A stretch of 64,000 nucleotides of DNA. Source: Candidatus Cybelea sp. (GTDB lineage Bacteria; Vulcanimicrobiota; Vulcanimicrobiia; Vulcanimicrobiales; Vulcanimicrobiaceae). The stretch is taken from NCBI GenBank assembly GCA_036489315.1, contig DASXFZ010000064.1, positions 40,585 through 104,584 of the forward strand, read 5' to 3'. Each line of letters starts with the position of its first letter. Position 1 is the first letter of the stretch. This document shows positions 36,719-46,500 of the stretch, piece by piece. The position numbers were made by a program, and so were the translations under genes. The notes under the pieces are model-generated. The model did not search any database and was not told the DNA's origin. It saw only the letters and a list, made by a program, of their open reading frames with translations.

Positions 36719-37540
36719 CTAGGCAGACGGTACGCGCAATTGCGTACGCAGGACGTTGGTGATCGTGCAGTGCAGCTCGTGCCCGCTTTTGACCGCGACG
36801 ATCTCGCATAGCGGCCACGCTCCCAGCAACGCCAGGTCGCCGATCAGATCGAGCACCTTATGCCGCACCGCTTCGTTGGGCCACCGCAGCGGCTGCATCG
36901 GACCGTCGGGTCCAAAGACCAGGGCGTTGTCGAGGCTTCCTCCGCGCGCCAGCCCGCGCTCCAAGAGCGCTTGCACCTCGTGCAGATATCCGAAGGTGCG
37001 GGCACCCGCGATCTCGTCCCGGTAAGCGCTCTCGTCGATTTCGCTGCTGAAATACTGGGTGCCGATCGGCTCGGGGAAATCCGCCATAAAGCGCACTCGC
37101 CAGGACGGCGACGGGAGCGCGGCGATCAGCTTGTCGCCGTCGCGCACAAAGACCGGCTCGGAGAGTTCCAATCGCCGGCGTTCTTGAGACTGCGCCTCTA
37201 AGCCGCAGGCATCGATGGCCGCCACGAAGTGTGAGGCGCTTCCGTCGCAGACCGGTATTTCGGGTCCCTCGACTAGGATTTCACAGTTTGCGACCCCCAT
37301 CGCGAAGAGCGCGGAGAGAAGATGCTCGGTCGTCGAGATGCTCACGCCGTCGCGGCCGACAACGGTCGCGCGGGTCGTGTCGACCACGTATTCGACCGTC
37401 GCGGGAATCCGGACCCCGCCGGCGACGAAGAACAGGCCCGCGTCGGCTGCTGCCGGGCGCAGCTCGACGCGACACGGCGCTCCGGTGTGAAGGCCGACAC
37501 CCTCGAAGAAGAGCCTCTCGCGAAGCGTCGTTTGCATCAT
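36719..37540 (-). CDS. lpxC: UDP-3-O-acyl-GlcNAc deacetylase LpxC
   Basis: 273 aa. EGVGLHTGAPCRVELRP, TTEHLLSAL and HKVLDLIGDLAL motifs. Confidence 0.9.
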   Translation of the reverse strand: MMQTTLRERLFFEGVGLHTGAPCRVELRPAAADAGLFFVAGGVRIPATVEYVVDTTRATVVGRDGVSISTTEHLLSALFAMGVANCEILVEGPEIPVCDGSASHFVAAIDACGLEAQSQERRRLELSEPVFVRDGDKLIAALPSPSWRVRFMADFPEPIGTQYFSSEIDESAYRDEIAGARTFGYLHEVQALLERGLARGGSLDNALVFGPDGPMQPLRWPNEAVRHKVLDLIGDLALLGAWPLCEIVAVKSGHELHCTITNVLRTQLRVPSA

Positions 37541-37573
37541 TGAAATCGGTACGCGGGCCTCTTCGGAGGTGCC

Positions 37574-38596
37574 TTAGTTTTTTCTTGAGGACGAGCGCTC
37601 CAGGGCGTCGACACGATCGAACAGCTTTGGCAGCTTGCGAATCATGACCTGTCGCCGCAGCTCGTCGCGGTGATTCTGCGCGGGCTGACCGGAGATCGTT
37701 GCTCCGTCTTCGACGTCGTGCCAGACGCCGGTTTGACCGGCGATCGTGACGCCGGAACCAACCGTGATGTGCCCTTTGAATCCCACTTGTCCCGCGACTC
37801 GGACGTAGTCCCCGATCGCCGTAGAGCCCGCCAGCCCCGTCAACGACGCAATGACGCAGTGCTTTCCGATCCGGCAGTTGTGCCCGATCTGAACTAAGTT
37901 GTCGATCTTCGTTCCGGCGCCGATGACCGTCGAACCCGTCTGAGCCCGGTCGACGCACGTGTTGGCGCCGATCTCGACGTCGTCTTCCAGCACCACGTTG
38001 CCGACCTGTGGAATTCGTTCGGCGCGACCGCCGACGAACGTCCAACCGAAGCCGTCGCTGCCGATGACGCAGCCGGAATGCAGAACGACCCGATCGCCGA
38101 CGACGCAGCCCGGCATCAGGCTCGCATTCGGCTTGACCCAGACCGATTCGCCGAGCGCGCTCCCCTCTCCGATATAGGCGCCGGCGCCCACGACGCTCCC
38201 TGCTCCGATCGAGACGCCGCTGCCGACATAGGCATGGGCTTCGATGTAGACATCTTGCGCAAGCGATGCGTCCGGCGCGACGAATGCCGCCGGGTGCCGG
38301 AACGGCCCGCGCGGCCGCGGCGCGCGTAGACTTTCGAGCAGCTCCGCCAACGCCTGACGCGCGTCCTCGACGACGAGCAGCGGCTTGGGCGCGTCGGGCG
38401 CTGCCAGCGACTCTTCGATCAAAACCGCGGCCGCAGCGCTGCGCCAGGCCGCGGCGAGATACGTTGGTGAGGTCGCAAAAGTCAGCGCGCCCGGCCGGGC
38501 GTCGCCGATGCTTGCAATCGTTTCGATCGGAACGGTGCCGTCGCCGACGACGCGCCCGCCGACGCGCCGCGCAAGGTCCTCCAGCGTGCCGAGCAC
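37574..38596 (-). CDS. lpxD: UDP-3-O-acylglucosamine N-acyltransferase LpxD
   Basis: 340 aa. LpxD-type N-domain followed by LbH hexapeptide repeats and a C-terminal helix. Confidence 0.9.
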   Translation of the reverse strand: MLGTLEDLARRVGGRVVGDGTVPIETIASIGDARPGALTFATSPTYLAAAWRSAAAAVLIEESLAAPDAPKPLLVVEDARQALAELLESLRAPRPRGPFRHPAAFVAPDASLAQDVYIEAHAYVGSGVSIGAGSVVGAGAYIGEGSALGESVWVKPNASLMPGCVVGDRVVLHSGCVIGSDGFGWTFVGGRAERIPQVGNVVLEDDVEIGANTCVDRAQTGSTVIGAGTKIDNLVQIGHNCRIGKHCVIASLTGLAGSTAIGDYVRVAGQVGFKGHITVGSGVTIAGQTGVWHDVEDGATISGQPAQNHRDELRRQVMIRKLPKLFDRVDALERSSSRKN

Positions 38597-38604
38597 GGGA
38601 TCCT

Positions 38605-39012
38605 CTAGACTCCCGGCGCGGGAGTAGCTTTCTCCGTGATGTTCATCGACTTTTCGATGTCGCTGGTGATGTCGGTGCCCCCGTAACCGACGCCCTCACG
38701 GGTCAACACCAGCTTCATCTGGTTTTGCGCGGCGATCTTCCCGGCGGCGTCGCGAATCTGCTGCGAGAGCTGGTCGGTGATCTTTGCGTATTTGCGCTGC
38801 AGCGCCGCCGCATCGCGCACTCGCCGCCGCGCGCTCTCCCGTCGCGAGGCGATCGACCGCTCTTCGGAGACCAGTTGATTTTGATAGCCTTGGTACTCGG
38901 GCCAGTTGCTCACGATTCGCTGCACGTCCACCAGCCCGATCTGGCTGTGCGCCGCGCAGCCGGCGAGCATCGCTGCAAATGTGATGACGATGGCGTATCT
39001 ATTCTTTTTCAC
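38605..39012 (-). CDS. OmpH/Skp-family periplasmic chaperone (short, lipobox-like signal)
   Basis: 135 aa. FAAMLAGC signal, IGLVDVQRI..., a coiled-coil core, and a C-terminal GGTDITSDI typical of OmpH. Confidence 0.7.
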   Translation of the reverse strand: MKKNRYAIVITFAAMLAGCAAHSQIGLVDVQRIVSNWPEYQGYQNQLVSEERSIASRRESARRRVRDAAALQRKYAKITDQLSQQIRDAAGKIAAQNQMKLVLTREGVGYGGTDITSDIEKSMNITEKATPAPGV

Positions 39013-40340
39013 TCGTGTTGGCTTTCAACGTCGCTGATGACTTGGGATGTCATGTCGTATCCGCCGGCAGCGGCCCAAACGTTAACGAAAACGATGCTGA
39101 GCCCGCGATCCTTGGCGACGCGGACTGCGTCGCGCTCGACCTGACCGACGATCTGTCCGTACAGCTCGGCGCGGCGCTTCTGCAGTGAGGTGAGTTCCCT
39201 GGCGGCCGCTCCGGTGGCTCCGACATCGGCCCCGTGAATGGCCGCGAACTGGCGGTCGAGATCGGCTTTCGTGGCGTTGTATTCGGCGAGCGTCTTGCCC
39301 GCGTCGGCTTGGAACTGGCTTGCGTACTGGCGCGCAATCTTGGCGATCTGCGCGCGCACGCCCGGCGAGAGGTTCGGAGAGGCAGTAGCCGGCGCCAGAC
39401 TGCGCAGCTGCGATCCAACCTCGCTGCGGTGCTCTTCGAGTTTCGCCCTCGTTTGGGCGGTGATCGTGCCGACCTGGGAGCGGATTGCGCCGGAGGTTTG
39501 GCGATCCAACTGCGCCTTGTAGGCCCGCAAGGTTGCCGCGTCGCTGCCGCGCAGAGCGTCGACTTGTGCCGCCTCCTTTGCGTTGATGGCGGCGAGCTGT
39601 TGCTGCGCCTGTTTGCGAGCCTCGGGGTCCATGGCGAGATTCGAGAGGCGCATCTTGATCGCTAAGCGTGCACCGGCATCCTGCTGCGTAAGGCGAAGCG
39701 ACAGATCGGTCTCGTTCTGCTGAAGCTCTTCGGCCTTCGCGCGATACTTCTGCGCGGCTTGCGTCTCGAGCTGACTGGCGATCGAGTTGGTCGCTGCATT
39801 GTCTTGCGAGATGACGTTCTGCTGATAGGCCTGAAGGTCGGCGCTCGCGGCCTGGGCGGCCTGCTGCGCCTGCGCGGCCGAGGCGCCGCTCATCTGCTGG
39901 GCGGCGAGCGCGCCCCCGCCCGGGACCCCCGCGGCATCCAGCGCCGACGCCACCGCTTGCTGCTCGCGGAGCGTGTAGTCGCGCTGCTTTTGCGCCAGGA
40001 TTTTGTTGGTGCGGTCCTGCGCGGCCCGCAGCTCCCGGTTGAGCTCCGCCGTCTGCGTCGCGATTTGGCGTGCGGTCAGCGGCACGTGCGGGCCGGAAGA
40101 CTGAAGGTTGATCGCCGCGATCGCATCGTCGATCTGCGATAACTGCGGATAGAGCGGGTGGCGCTTGACGGCTTCGTCGAGGCGGACGTAACCCGTGCCG
40201 CGGATCGCGGCCGAGTGCACGTTGACGCCGCAGCCCGACGGCAAAACCGCGGCAGCGAGCGTCGCTAGCATGCCAAGCAATGCTGCGGCACTATTTCGAG
40301 AGCTCATTCTGGACATCCGTGGTGATGTCCGTGCCTCCAT
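39009..40340 (-). CDS. Long coiled-coil OmpH-like protein
   Basis: Up to 443 aa, with alternative starts at 40316, 40307 and 40271. Signal LATLAAAVLPSGC, ~350 aa of Q/A-rich coiled coil, and an OmpH-like C-terminal end (VFVNVWAAAGGYDMTSQVI). Confidence 0.55.
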   Translation of the reverse strand: MEARTSPRMSRMSSRNSAAALLGMLATLAAAVLPSGCGVNVHSAAIRGTGYVRLDEAVKRHPLYPQLSQIDDAIAAINLQSSGPHVPLTARQIATQTAELNRELRAAQDRTNKILAQKQRDYTLREQQAVASALDAAGVPGGGALAAQQMSGASAAQAQQAAQAASADLQAYQQNVISQDNAATNSIASQLETQAAQKYRAKAEELQQNETDLSLRLTQQDAGARLAIKMRLSNLAMDPEARKQAQQQLAAINAKEAAQVDALRGSDAATLRAYKAQLDRQTSGAIRSQVGTITAQTRAKLEEHRSEVGSQLRSLAPATASPNLSPGVRAQIAKIARQYASQFQADAGKTLAEYNATKADLDRQFAAIHGADVGATGAAARELTSLQKRRAELYGQIVGQVERDAVRVAKDRGLSIVFVNVWAAAGGYDMTSQVISDVESQHE

Positions 40341-41094
40341 AAACGATATCGGCGCGATCGACGACGAGCAGCAGCTTCTTTCTGCGCGCGACGTCGGCGG
40401 TCGCCGACTTCGTGGCGTCGACCAGCGGTTTGAGCAGCTGATCCTGCTTATCGGAAATCAACTTGTTATAGGCGGTGAGGACTTGCTGCTTGTCGCTGTT
40501 GCCCCTCGCCTCGGCCATTTTCGCGGCGTAAAGCTGTCGCTGCGTACTCTCGAACTGCGACATCTGCTGATTCGCGGTCTGCACCTTCGGAATTCCGTCG
40601 AGCGCACTCTGGTCGACGAAACCGATCTCCGACGGCGGCGGGGAGGCCGCCGCTGGGGAGACCGCCTGCGGGCTCGAGAAAATCGTCTCAACGTCTTTGG
40701 TGATGTCTTGGCCGCCGTAAATCACGATTCGCTTATCGACCACGACCGAGGCGTTGTGTGCTGCCGCAACCGCCGCGATCGCCAGCTGCACTCGCTGGAA
40801 AAGCGGCCCGACGACTTCACGCTGCTTGTCGTTGAGCTGCTGCTGAAACTGCATCGTTATCCTCTGCTTGTCGGCATCGGACCTGGCGTGGGCGATCTGC
40901 GCGTTGTACTGCGCGTCCATCTGAGCCTTGAACCCCGCGAGCTGACGATTCGCGCTCAAAAAGACGGGCAGGTTGGCGACGTCGGCTTGATCGACGAAGG
41001 CGACGTCGGTGAGGTCGGCCGCTATGGCGCCCGGCATAAGCGAGGCCGCCAGCAGCAATGCGGCGGCGCTGAGAATAATTGATCGAGTTTTCAT
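40291..41094 (-). CDS. Tandem-domain OmpH/Skp-family chaperone
   Basis: ATG at 41094 with an AGAAGGAAG SD. 267 aa. Signal peptide, then two OmpH units, each opening with (A/G)FVDQ... and closing with I(V)YGG(Q/T)DIT. Confidence 0.7.
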   Translation of the reverse strand: MKTRSIILSAAALLLAASLMPGAIAADLTDVAFVDQADVANLPVFLSANRQLAGFKAQMDAQYNAQIAHARSDADKQRITMQFQQQLNDKQREVVGPLFQRVQLAIAAVAAAHNASVVVDKRIVIYGGQDITKDVETIFSSPQAVSPAAASPPPSEIGFVDQSALDGIPKVQTANQQMSQFESTQRQLYAAKMAEARGNSDKQQVLTAYNKLISDKQDQLLKPLVDATKSATADVARRKKLLLVVDRADIVYGGTDITTDVQNELSK

Positions 41095-41125
41095 CTTCCT
41101 TCTCTGAAGCTTCGCGCCGGGGCGC

Positions 41126-43390
41126 CTAGAAGCTTTGCCCGATTCCGAAGCTCGTGTGCGTACCGTAGAGACCCTTGGCAAAATCGATGCGCACCGTTCG
41201 GAGGCCCAGCTGCGGCACGTCAAAGCGGATGCCGGCGCCGGCATCGCCCAAAAGTGCCCAGTCCGAGGGGTATCCGGTGATCCGGTTGGTGTAGGGATTG
41301 AGCAGCGGATAGGCTCCCCGGATTCGATAGTCGAGTTCGTCGACGAAGAACGCCAGGGTTATACGGCGGTCGAGCGCCAGCGGCTGGCGCAGCTCAATCT
41401 GACCGAGGTACGCATTGGTCGCGTAAAAGACTTGGTTATAGCCACGCATCTGCTGGTCTGAAAACGTAAAGAGCGAGCTCGGCGGAATGACGCCGGTCGA
41501 CAGGTAGCCAACGCCGTGAACGCCGATGGTCGCGTCCCGCAGAATCGGGAAGAACTTCGCGAGATCGATCGTGCTCTGCGTAAAGGAGAAGTTCGAGCCG
41601 AACGTCGGCGTAGATAACGTCGTGTTGAGCAGCGCCTTCACACCCTCGCGCGGATTAAACGGATCGTCGAGCGTGATCGACTGCAAGCTCAATCCGGTCG
41701 TGATGAGATTGTACGGCGAGCCCGTGTTGACGTTGGCGATCGAGGACGCCGCGATACCGAACGAGCCGCCGTACTGATTTTGCGACGAACTGATCGGCGA
41801 GGGCGACGGCCCCACGAAGATGTTCGGCTGATTGCCTTGGAAATAATACGGTGACGGGACGTTCGTGTCGTACCGGATCTTCTCTCCGGTGACCGCAAAT
41901 GACAGGATCGTGTAATCGCTGAGGCGGCGGCCGACGTTGCCGGTGACCCCGTTGGAGCTGGACGTGCTGGTCGCGACGATATTCCCAAGCTGCTGCGAGC
42001 TCGAGCTCGGATAGAGCGTAACCGGGATCGGCACGTTTGGATTGCTCGCGACCGAGCTTCCGCTTCCGGTGATGCTATAGACCGGATAATAGTACGTAGA
42101 GTGGTTGAAGAAGATCGACCCCCCGGCGGTGTAGCGCTGTCCCTGGGGGGTATTGCCGAGGTAGGGGATCGACAAGTTGAGCTGGGCGACGCCGGTCCGA
42201 GCGCCCTCCTCAAACTGAATTCCAGCCGAGTTGCCGGTGCCGTGCAGGTTGGTATCGGTTAGGCCGAGCGTCGCATAGAGGCCCAGGCCCGTCAAGCCGC
42301 CCGAATAGCCGAAGCCCACCGAGGCCGACGCGGTACGCTGCTCGGTGACGTGCCAGACGACCGTGACGTCCTGCGGCTTCTTCGGGTCCGGGCCCGGCTT
42401 GATGTCCGGCTCGACCTTCGAGAAGAAGTTCAGCGCGTTGAGGCGCTCGTAGTCGCGTTTGATCGCGTCCGTATTGAGAACCATGCCGGGGCGTTCCCGC
42501 AGTTCGCGGCGGATGACGTTGTCCTTCGTTCGGGTGTTGCCGGTGATCTCCACGACCTCGATGCGCGCGACGTAGATATTGTATTTCACGTCCGCCGTCC
42601 CGGCTTTGAGATCGATCGACGAGGGCACGATGCCGCCTTCGAAGTTTCCGAGCTCGAGGTGGAAGCGGTTCTCGTAGAGCTTCTGCAGCGCTTTCGCGTC
42701 GGCGTCGCGAACGGCGTTGGAATAGACGCTGCCCTCTTTGAGCGTCAGTGCCGGCAGAATCAGCTGCGGCGGGAGCAGGGGGTCGCCGCCGATCTCGATG
42801 TTCTTGACGATCAAGCCTTCTTGAATCGTCAGCGTCAAGGCGCCGGTCTTCGAGTCGAGATTGATATCTTTGACGTGCGTCGGCACCTGGCCGCCGTAGC
42901 CGATGCGCTCGTAGTAATTATTGATCTTCAGTACGTCTTGCCGGAAAGTATTCGTGTTGAAGACTTGGCCGACGGAGAGGTCCATGAGCGCCGAAAGCGT
43001 GTCGCTCGGCACTTTCTGATTTCCGGTGAAGTCGATCTTCGTAATAACCGGATTCTCGACGACGCGATAGGTGATGGCCACACCGTTGGGACGCGCGCGT
43101 ACCAGCGGCGGCGCAATATCGGCGAAATAGCCCAGAGCGTTGATTCGCGCGAGATCGTCTTGGACGGTCTTGGGATCGTACGGCTGCCCCGGCCGCGCCC
43201 CGATCACCGACATGATCGTCGACGTCGGAACGTGGAGGTTGCCGGTGATGTCTACGGACACAATCTTCGGAGCCGCGGGCGCGGGCGCGGCTATCGCGGG
43301 CGCAAGGCTCAGCCGAAGCATCGCGAGCAGCGGAAGAATGATGCCCAAGCGCCATCTGCTTGCGCGGACGCGTCGGGGGTCAAAGGTCAT
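41126..43390 (-). CDS. bamA: Outer-membrane protein assembly factor BamA
   Basis: 754 aa. Signal peptide, POTRA repeats (IVSVDITGN..., ITKIDFTGN..., VKNIEIGG..., VVEITGN...) and an Omp85 barrel ending GIGQSF. Confidence 0.9.
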   Translation of the reverse strand: MTFDPRRVRASRWRLGIILPLLAMLRLSLAPAIAAPAPAAPKIVSVDITGNLHVPTSTIMSVIGARPGQPYDPKTVQDDLARINALGYFADIAPPLVRARPNGVAITYRVVENPVITKIDFTGNQKVPSDTLSALMDLSVGQVFNTNTFRQDVLKINNYYERIGYGGQVPTHVKDINLDSKTGALTLTIQEGLIVKNIEIGGDPLLPPQLILPALTLKEGSVYSNAVRDADAKALQKLYENRFHLELGNFEGGIVPSSIDLKAGTADVKYNIYVARIEVVEITGNTRTKDNVIRRELRERPGMVLNTDAIKRDYERLNALNFFSKVEPDIKPGPDPKKPQDVTVVWHVTEQRTASASVGFGYSGGLTGLGLYATLGLTDTNLHGTGNSAGIQFEEGARTGVAQLNLSIPYLGNTPQGQRYTAGGSIFFNHSTYYYPVYSITGSGSSVASNPNVPIPVTLYPSSSSQQLGNIVATSTSSSNGVTGNVGRRLSDYTILSFAVTGEKIRYDTNVPSPYYFQGNQPNIFVGPSPSPISSSQNQYGGSFGIAASSIANVNTGSPYNLITTGLSLQSITLDDPFNPREGVKALLNTTLSTPTFGSNFSFTQSTIDLAKFFPILRDATIGVHGVGYLSTGVIPPSSLFTFSDQQMRGYNQVFYATNAYLGQIELRQPLALDRRITLAFFVDELDYRIRGAYPLLNPYTNRITGYPSDWALLGDAGAGIRFDVPQLGLRTVRIDFAKGLYGTHTSFGIGQSF

Positions 43391-43578
43391 CTGAAAAAGT
43401 TGTTCTCAATCTGCTCTCGACGTGGCTGGCGTGTTTAGCACGGGCACCTCGCTGCAAGCATATCGCCTGCGGCCCGGCACGCCCTGTTCCTTCCGCCTTC
43501 GCCGGGGTCCTTGCTCCGTTGCCGATGCTCCAACGCGTGCTTAATCAAGGGAACGTCTGGAGCGAATGGAGCGGCAGA

Positions 43579-46500
43579 TCACCAGAAATAGTGCTGCAGG
43601 GTAAGGCTGAAGCCGCTGTTACCGAGCAACGGCTGGCCGACGAGATAGCCGGCGCTGTAACCGATCGGCGAGCCGGGGAGCTGTAAAAGTTTTGTCGGGC
43701 CCGATTCGTAGAAGAAGTTGAGATTTGCCGAGGTGCTCGGCCCGGGCTGGAGCACCAGTCCGAACGATTGTACTTGAGGAAGCCCGAAGGTTACGGCGTA
43801 CACGGCGCTGACGGCTTTGCCGAGCAAGCGCGTGGCGGTCAACCCGACATTTCCATAATAGCCGAGCGTCAGATTGATGCTCGAGAGCCCGAGCCCTTGG
43901 CCGATCGTCGTCTCCACCGGCGCCAGGAGTCCGGCGGTGAACTGCGCGTTGAGAATGTTGAAGGCTTCCTGGCCGACGGTGATGCTGCTGTTCTGCGAAA
44001 GCGTCACGTTCGGTATCGGCGAGAGCGTGCCCAGCGGTGTAATTCCGGCCGGCTGCTGCCGGGCCAGCAGCTGCTGGCGGCTGAAGGAGATGCCGCTGAC
44101 GAAGCCGCCGAGCGGCGCGATGAGCGCGAGGATCTGATCCCGCGTGTAACCCGCGGGGGTCGAGTCGAGGCCGACCTTTAGGTCGGCGATCGGACCATTC
44201 ACCGTTATGGTTACGTCCGCGCTCCCGTAGGGATTGCGGGCCCGGTCGGGATCGGGATTGACGACGGTCGTGTTCGCGACGGCATGAAGCGTGGGAAGCA
44301 CGCCGTCGGCGGCGTTGAACCGAACGCTCGCCTGCTGGACACGAAAGGCGCGATCGAAATAGGTCAGCGTTCCGCCGGTAGACTCGAACGTACCCTCTAA
44401 GGTCGGCGTGGCGAGCGTGCCGGCAAGCCTGACCGACCCGCTCGTTCCGATATCGAGTCCGGCGCCGTAGCCGCTCCCCCGGACCCTGACGTTCTTGCCG
44501 GCCGTCGCTCGCACGTCAAAGGCAAGCGGCAAGTCGAGCGCGTGCCCTGAACCCGACTGGGTCGCGGCTCGCAGGAATGAGGCGAAGGGTAGGGCGGCAT
44601 TGCTTAGCGTCACGCTCCCCGAGAGCAGGGCCAGACCGGCCGGCTGTTTTGCCACGGTTAGGGCCGCGTCGAGCGTTCCGCTGCCGTAAGCCGGAAGGTC
44701 CAGTTGCGCCCCCCGCGCGATGGCCTTGAGGCCAATGGAGAGCCCGCTGGCGGAAAGACCCGAAGGGAACGATACCTTGCCCGACCCTGAGAGAAACCCG
44801 CTGCCGGCGCGCGCCGATGCCCGGGCGAGCGAGGCCGAGGCGTGATCGAAGACGATATCCGCCACCATCTGCGTGATAGGAACGCGCTCTAGGTCGCTGA
44901 CGTACGACCCATTTGACAGCGAGACGCGGCCGACGACCGCGGGACTGCGCAGGGTTCCTGAGATACCGAGGTGCCCGTCGAGCGATCCGGTCATCTTCGT
45001 GTTCGCGCCGAGCGTATCGGCGAAGATTCCGGGATCGAGGCCGACGACGTCGACGTCGAAGCTCAATGGCTGATCCATCGTAATACCGAGCGGCGCGAGC
45101 CGCAGCGGCACGGCCCCGGTTAGGCTCGCCTCGCCTTTTTTGAAGGTCACCCCCGCGTTCGAGAGTACGAGCGCGTTGCGGCGCAAGCGCAGCTCCCCGA
45201 AGAGCGTGGAGATCGGAATTCCGTACGCTTTCACGCCGGTTCCGTCGAAGCCGGCAACGAACGTCGGCGCGCGATACGTTCCGCCGATGGTCAGCGTGGA
45301 CTCGAATGCGCCGCTGACCGGAATACGCACTCGCGCAGAATCGTAGACGAGCTCGGCCAGCCGGTTTGTCGCCGCGTAGACCCGCAGATCGAGCGGCTGC
45401 GACGCGTCGAGACCGAACGTACCGGATGCGGTTGCGGTGAGCCCCGGCGTCTGCAGCTGGGCTTGGTCGACGACCACGCGCTTGCCCGCGGCGTGCAGCG
45501 TCACCTTCGCCGTATCGAGCCTGAGCGGTCCCAGCGTACCGCCGGAAATACCGGCATAGCCGCTCACGCCGATCTGGGGAAACCGGCCGTGAACCGTCGC
45601 CTCCCCGGCGGCGCGTCCGGTAATCGGAAACGCCTGTATTCCGAGCGCCGGCAGCCAGAATGACAGGTCGAAATTGCTAACGCCCGCGGCGAGATCGTAG
45701 CGCGAGCGTTCGAGCGTGTCGAGCCACTGCGGACCCGGTACCAAGTCGATCGTGCCGTGGGCGTGCATCTTGCCTTCGCTGCCGCCGACCGTCAGCATTC
45801 CGTTTACCGAGTTGCGCGCGCTCGACCACACGGCGCGCGTGTCGCCGATCGGCAGATTTCGATAGCGAAAGCTCCGGATATCGATATTGCCGCTCGTCGT
45901 AATGCGGGCCCGCCTCGAAGCCGCCGCGATGCGCACGCTGCCGTCACCGTCGAGCGTGTCGCCGGTATCGAAAAAATTGTTGAAATCGGAGAGATCGGCG
46001 TACGGCGCCTCGACTTGCATCGCTTGGACGTGCGGACGCGAAACGGCATCGAAACGCGCCTTCGTCGTGCCGACGACCACCGAACCGCCGCGCATGCTGA
46101 CCCCCGCTCGATCCGCGGTCAGCGCGGCACTCGCGTCGACGAACGGGAGGCCGTTGACCTCGCCCGCCGGTACGCCGATCGCGCCGCTTACCGTCGGCGA
46201 AGTGCTTCGCCCGCCGATGTGCAGGCGCGCGTTGAACGAGCCGTCGGTCATGTAGTTTGGAAGGCCGAACGCGTGCAGCGTGCGCGCGATCTGCGAAGCG
46301 GCAACGTCGGCCGAGAGCGAGTAGCTCGGCGAGCCCGAGGTCAGCGAACCGATGCTCCCGTCTACTCGTGCATACGTGCCGCCAAGCGATCCGAGCATGC
46401 GCTTCAGCCCCACGGAGTCGCCGTGAAGATCGATCTCGGAGTCACCCGAGAGAGAAAACTGTGCGACGCGCGAGCCGTTAACCGCCACGCCCCCGAGAAA

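Noticed and set aside
43360-43686. 108-aa ORF in the tamB-bamA spacer.
   Set aside because: It overlaps the bamA start and the tamB end on the opposite strand and has no supporting signals. The spacer more likely contains a bamA promoter.
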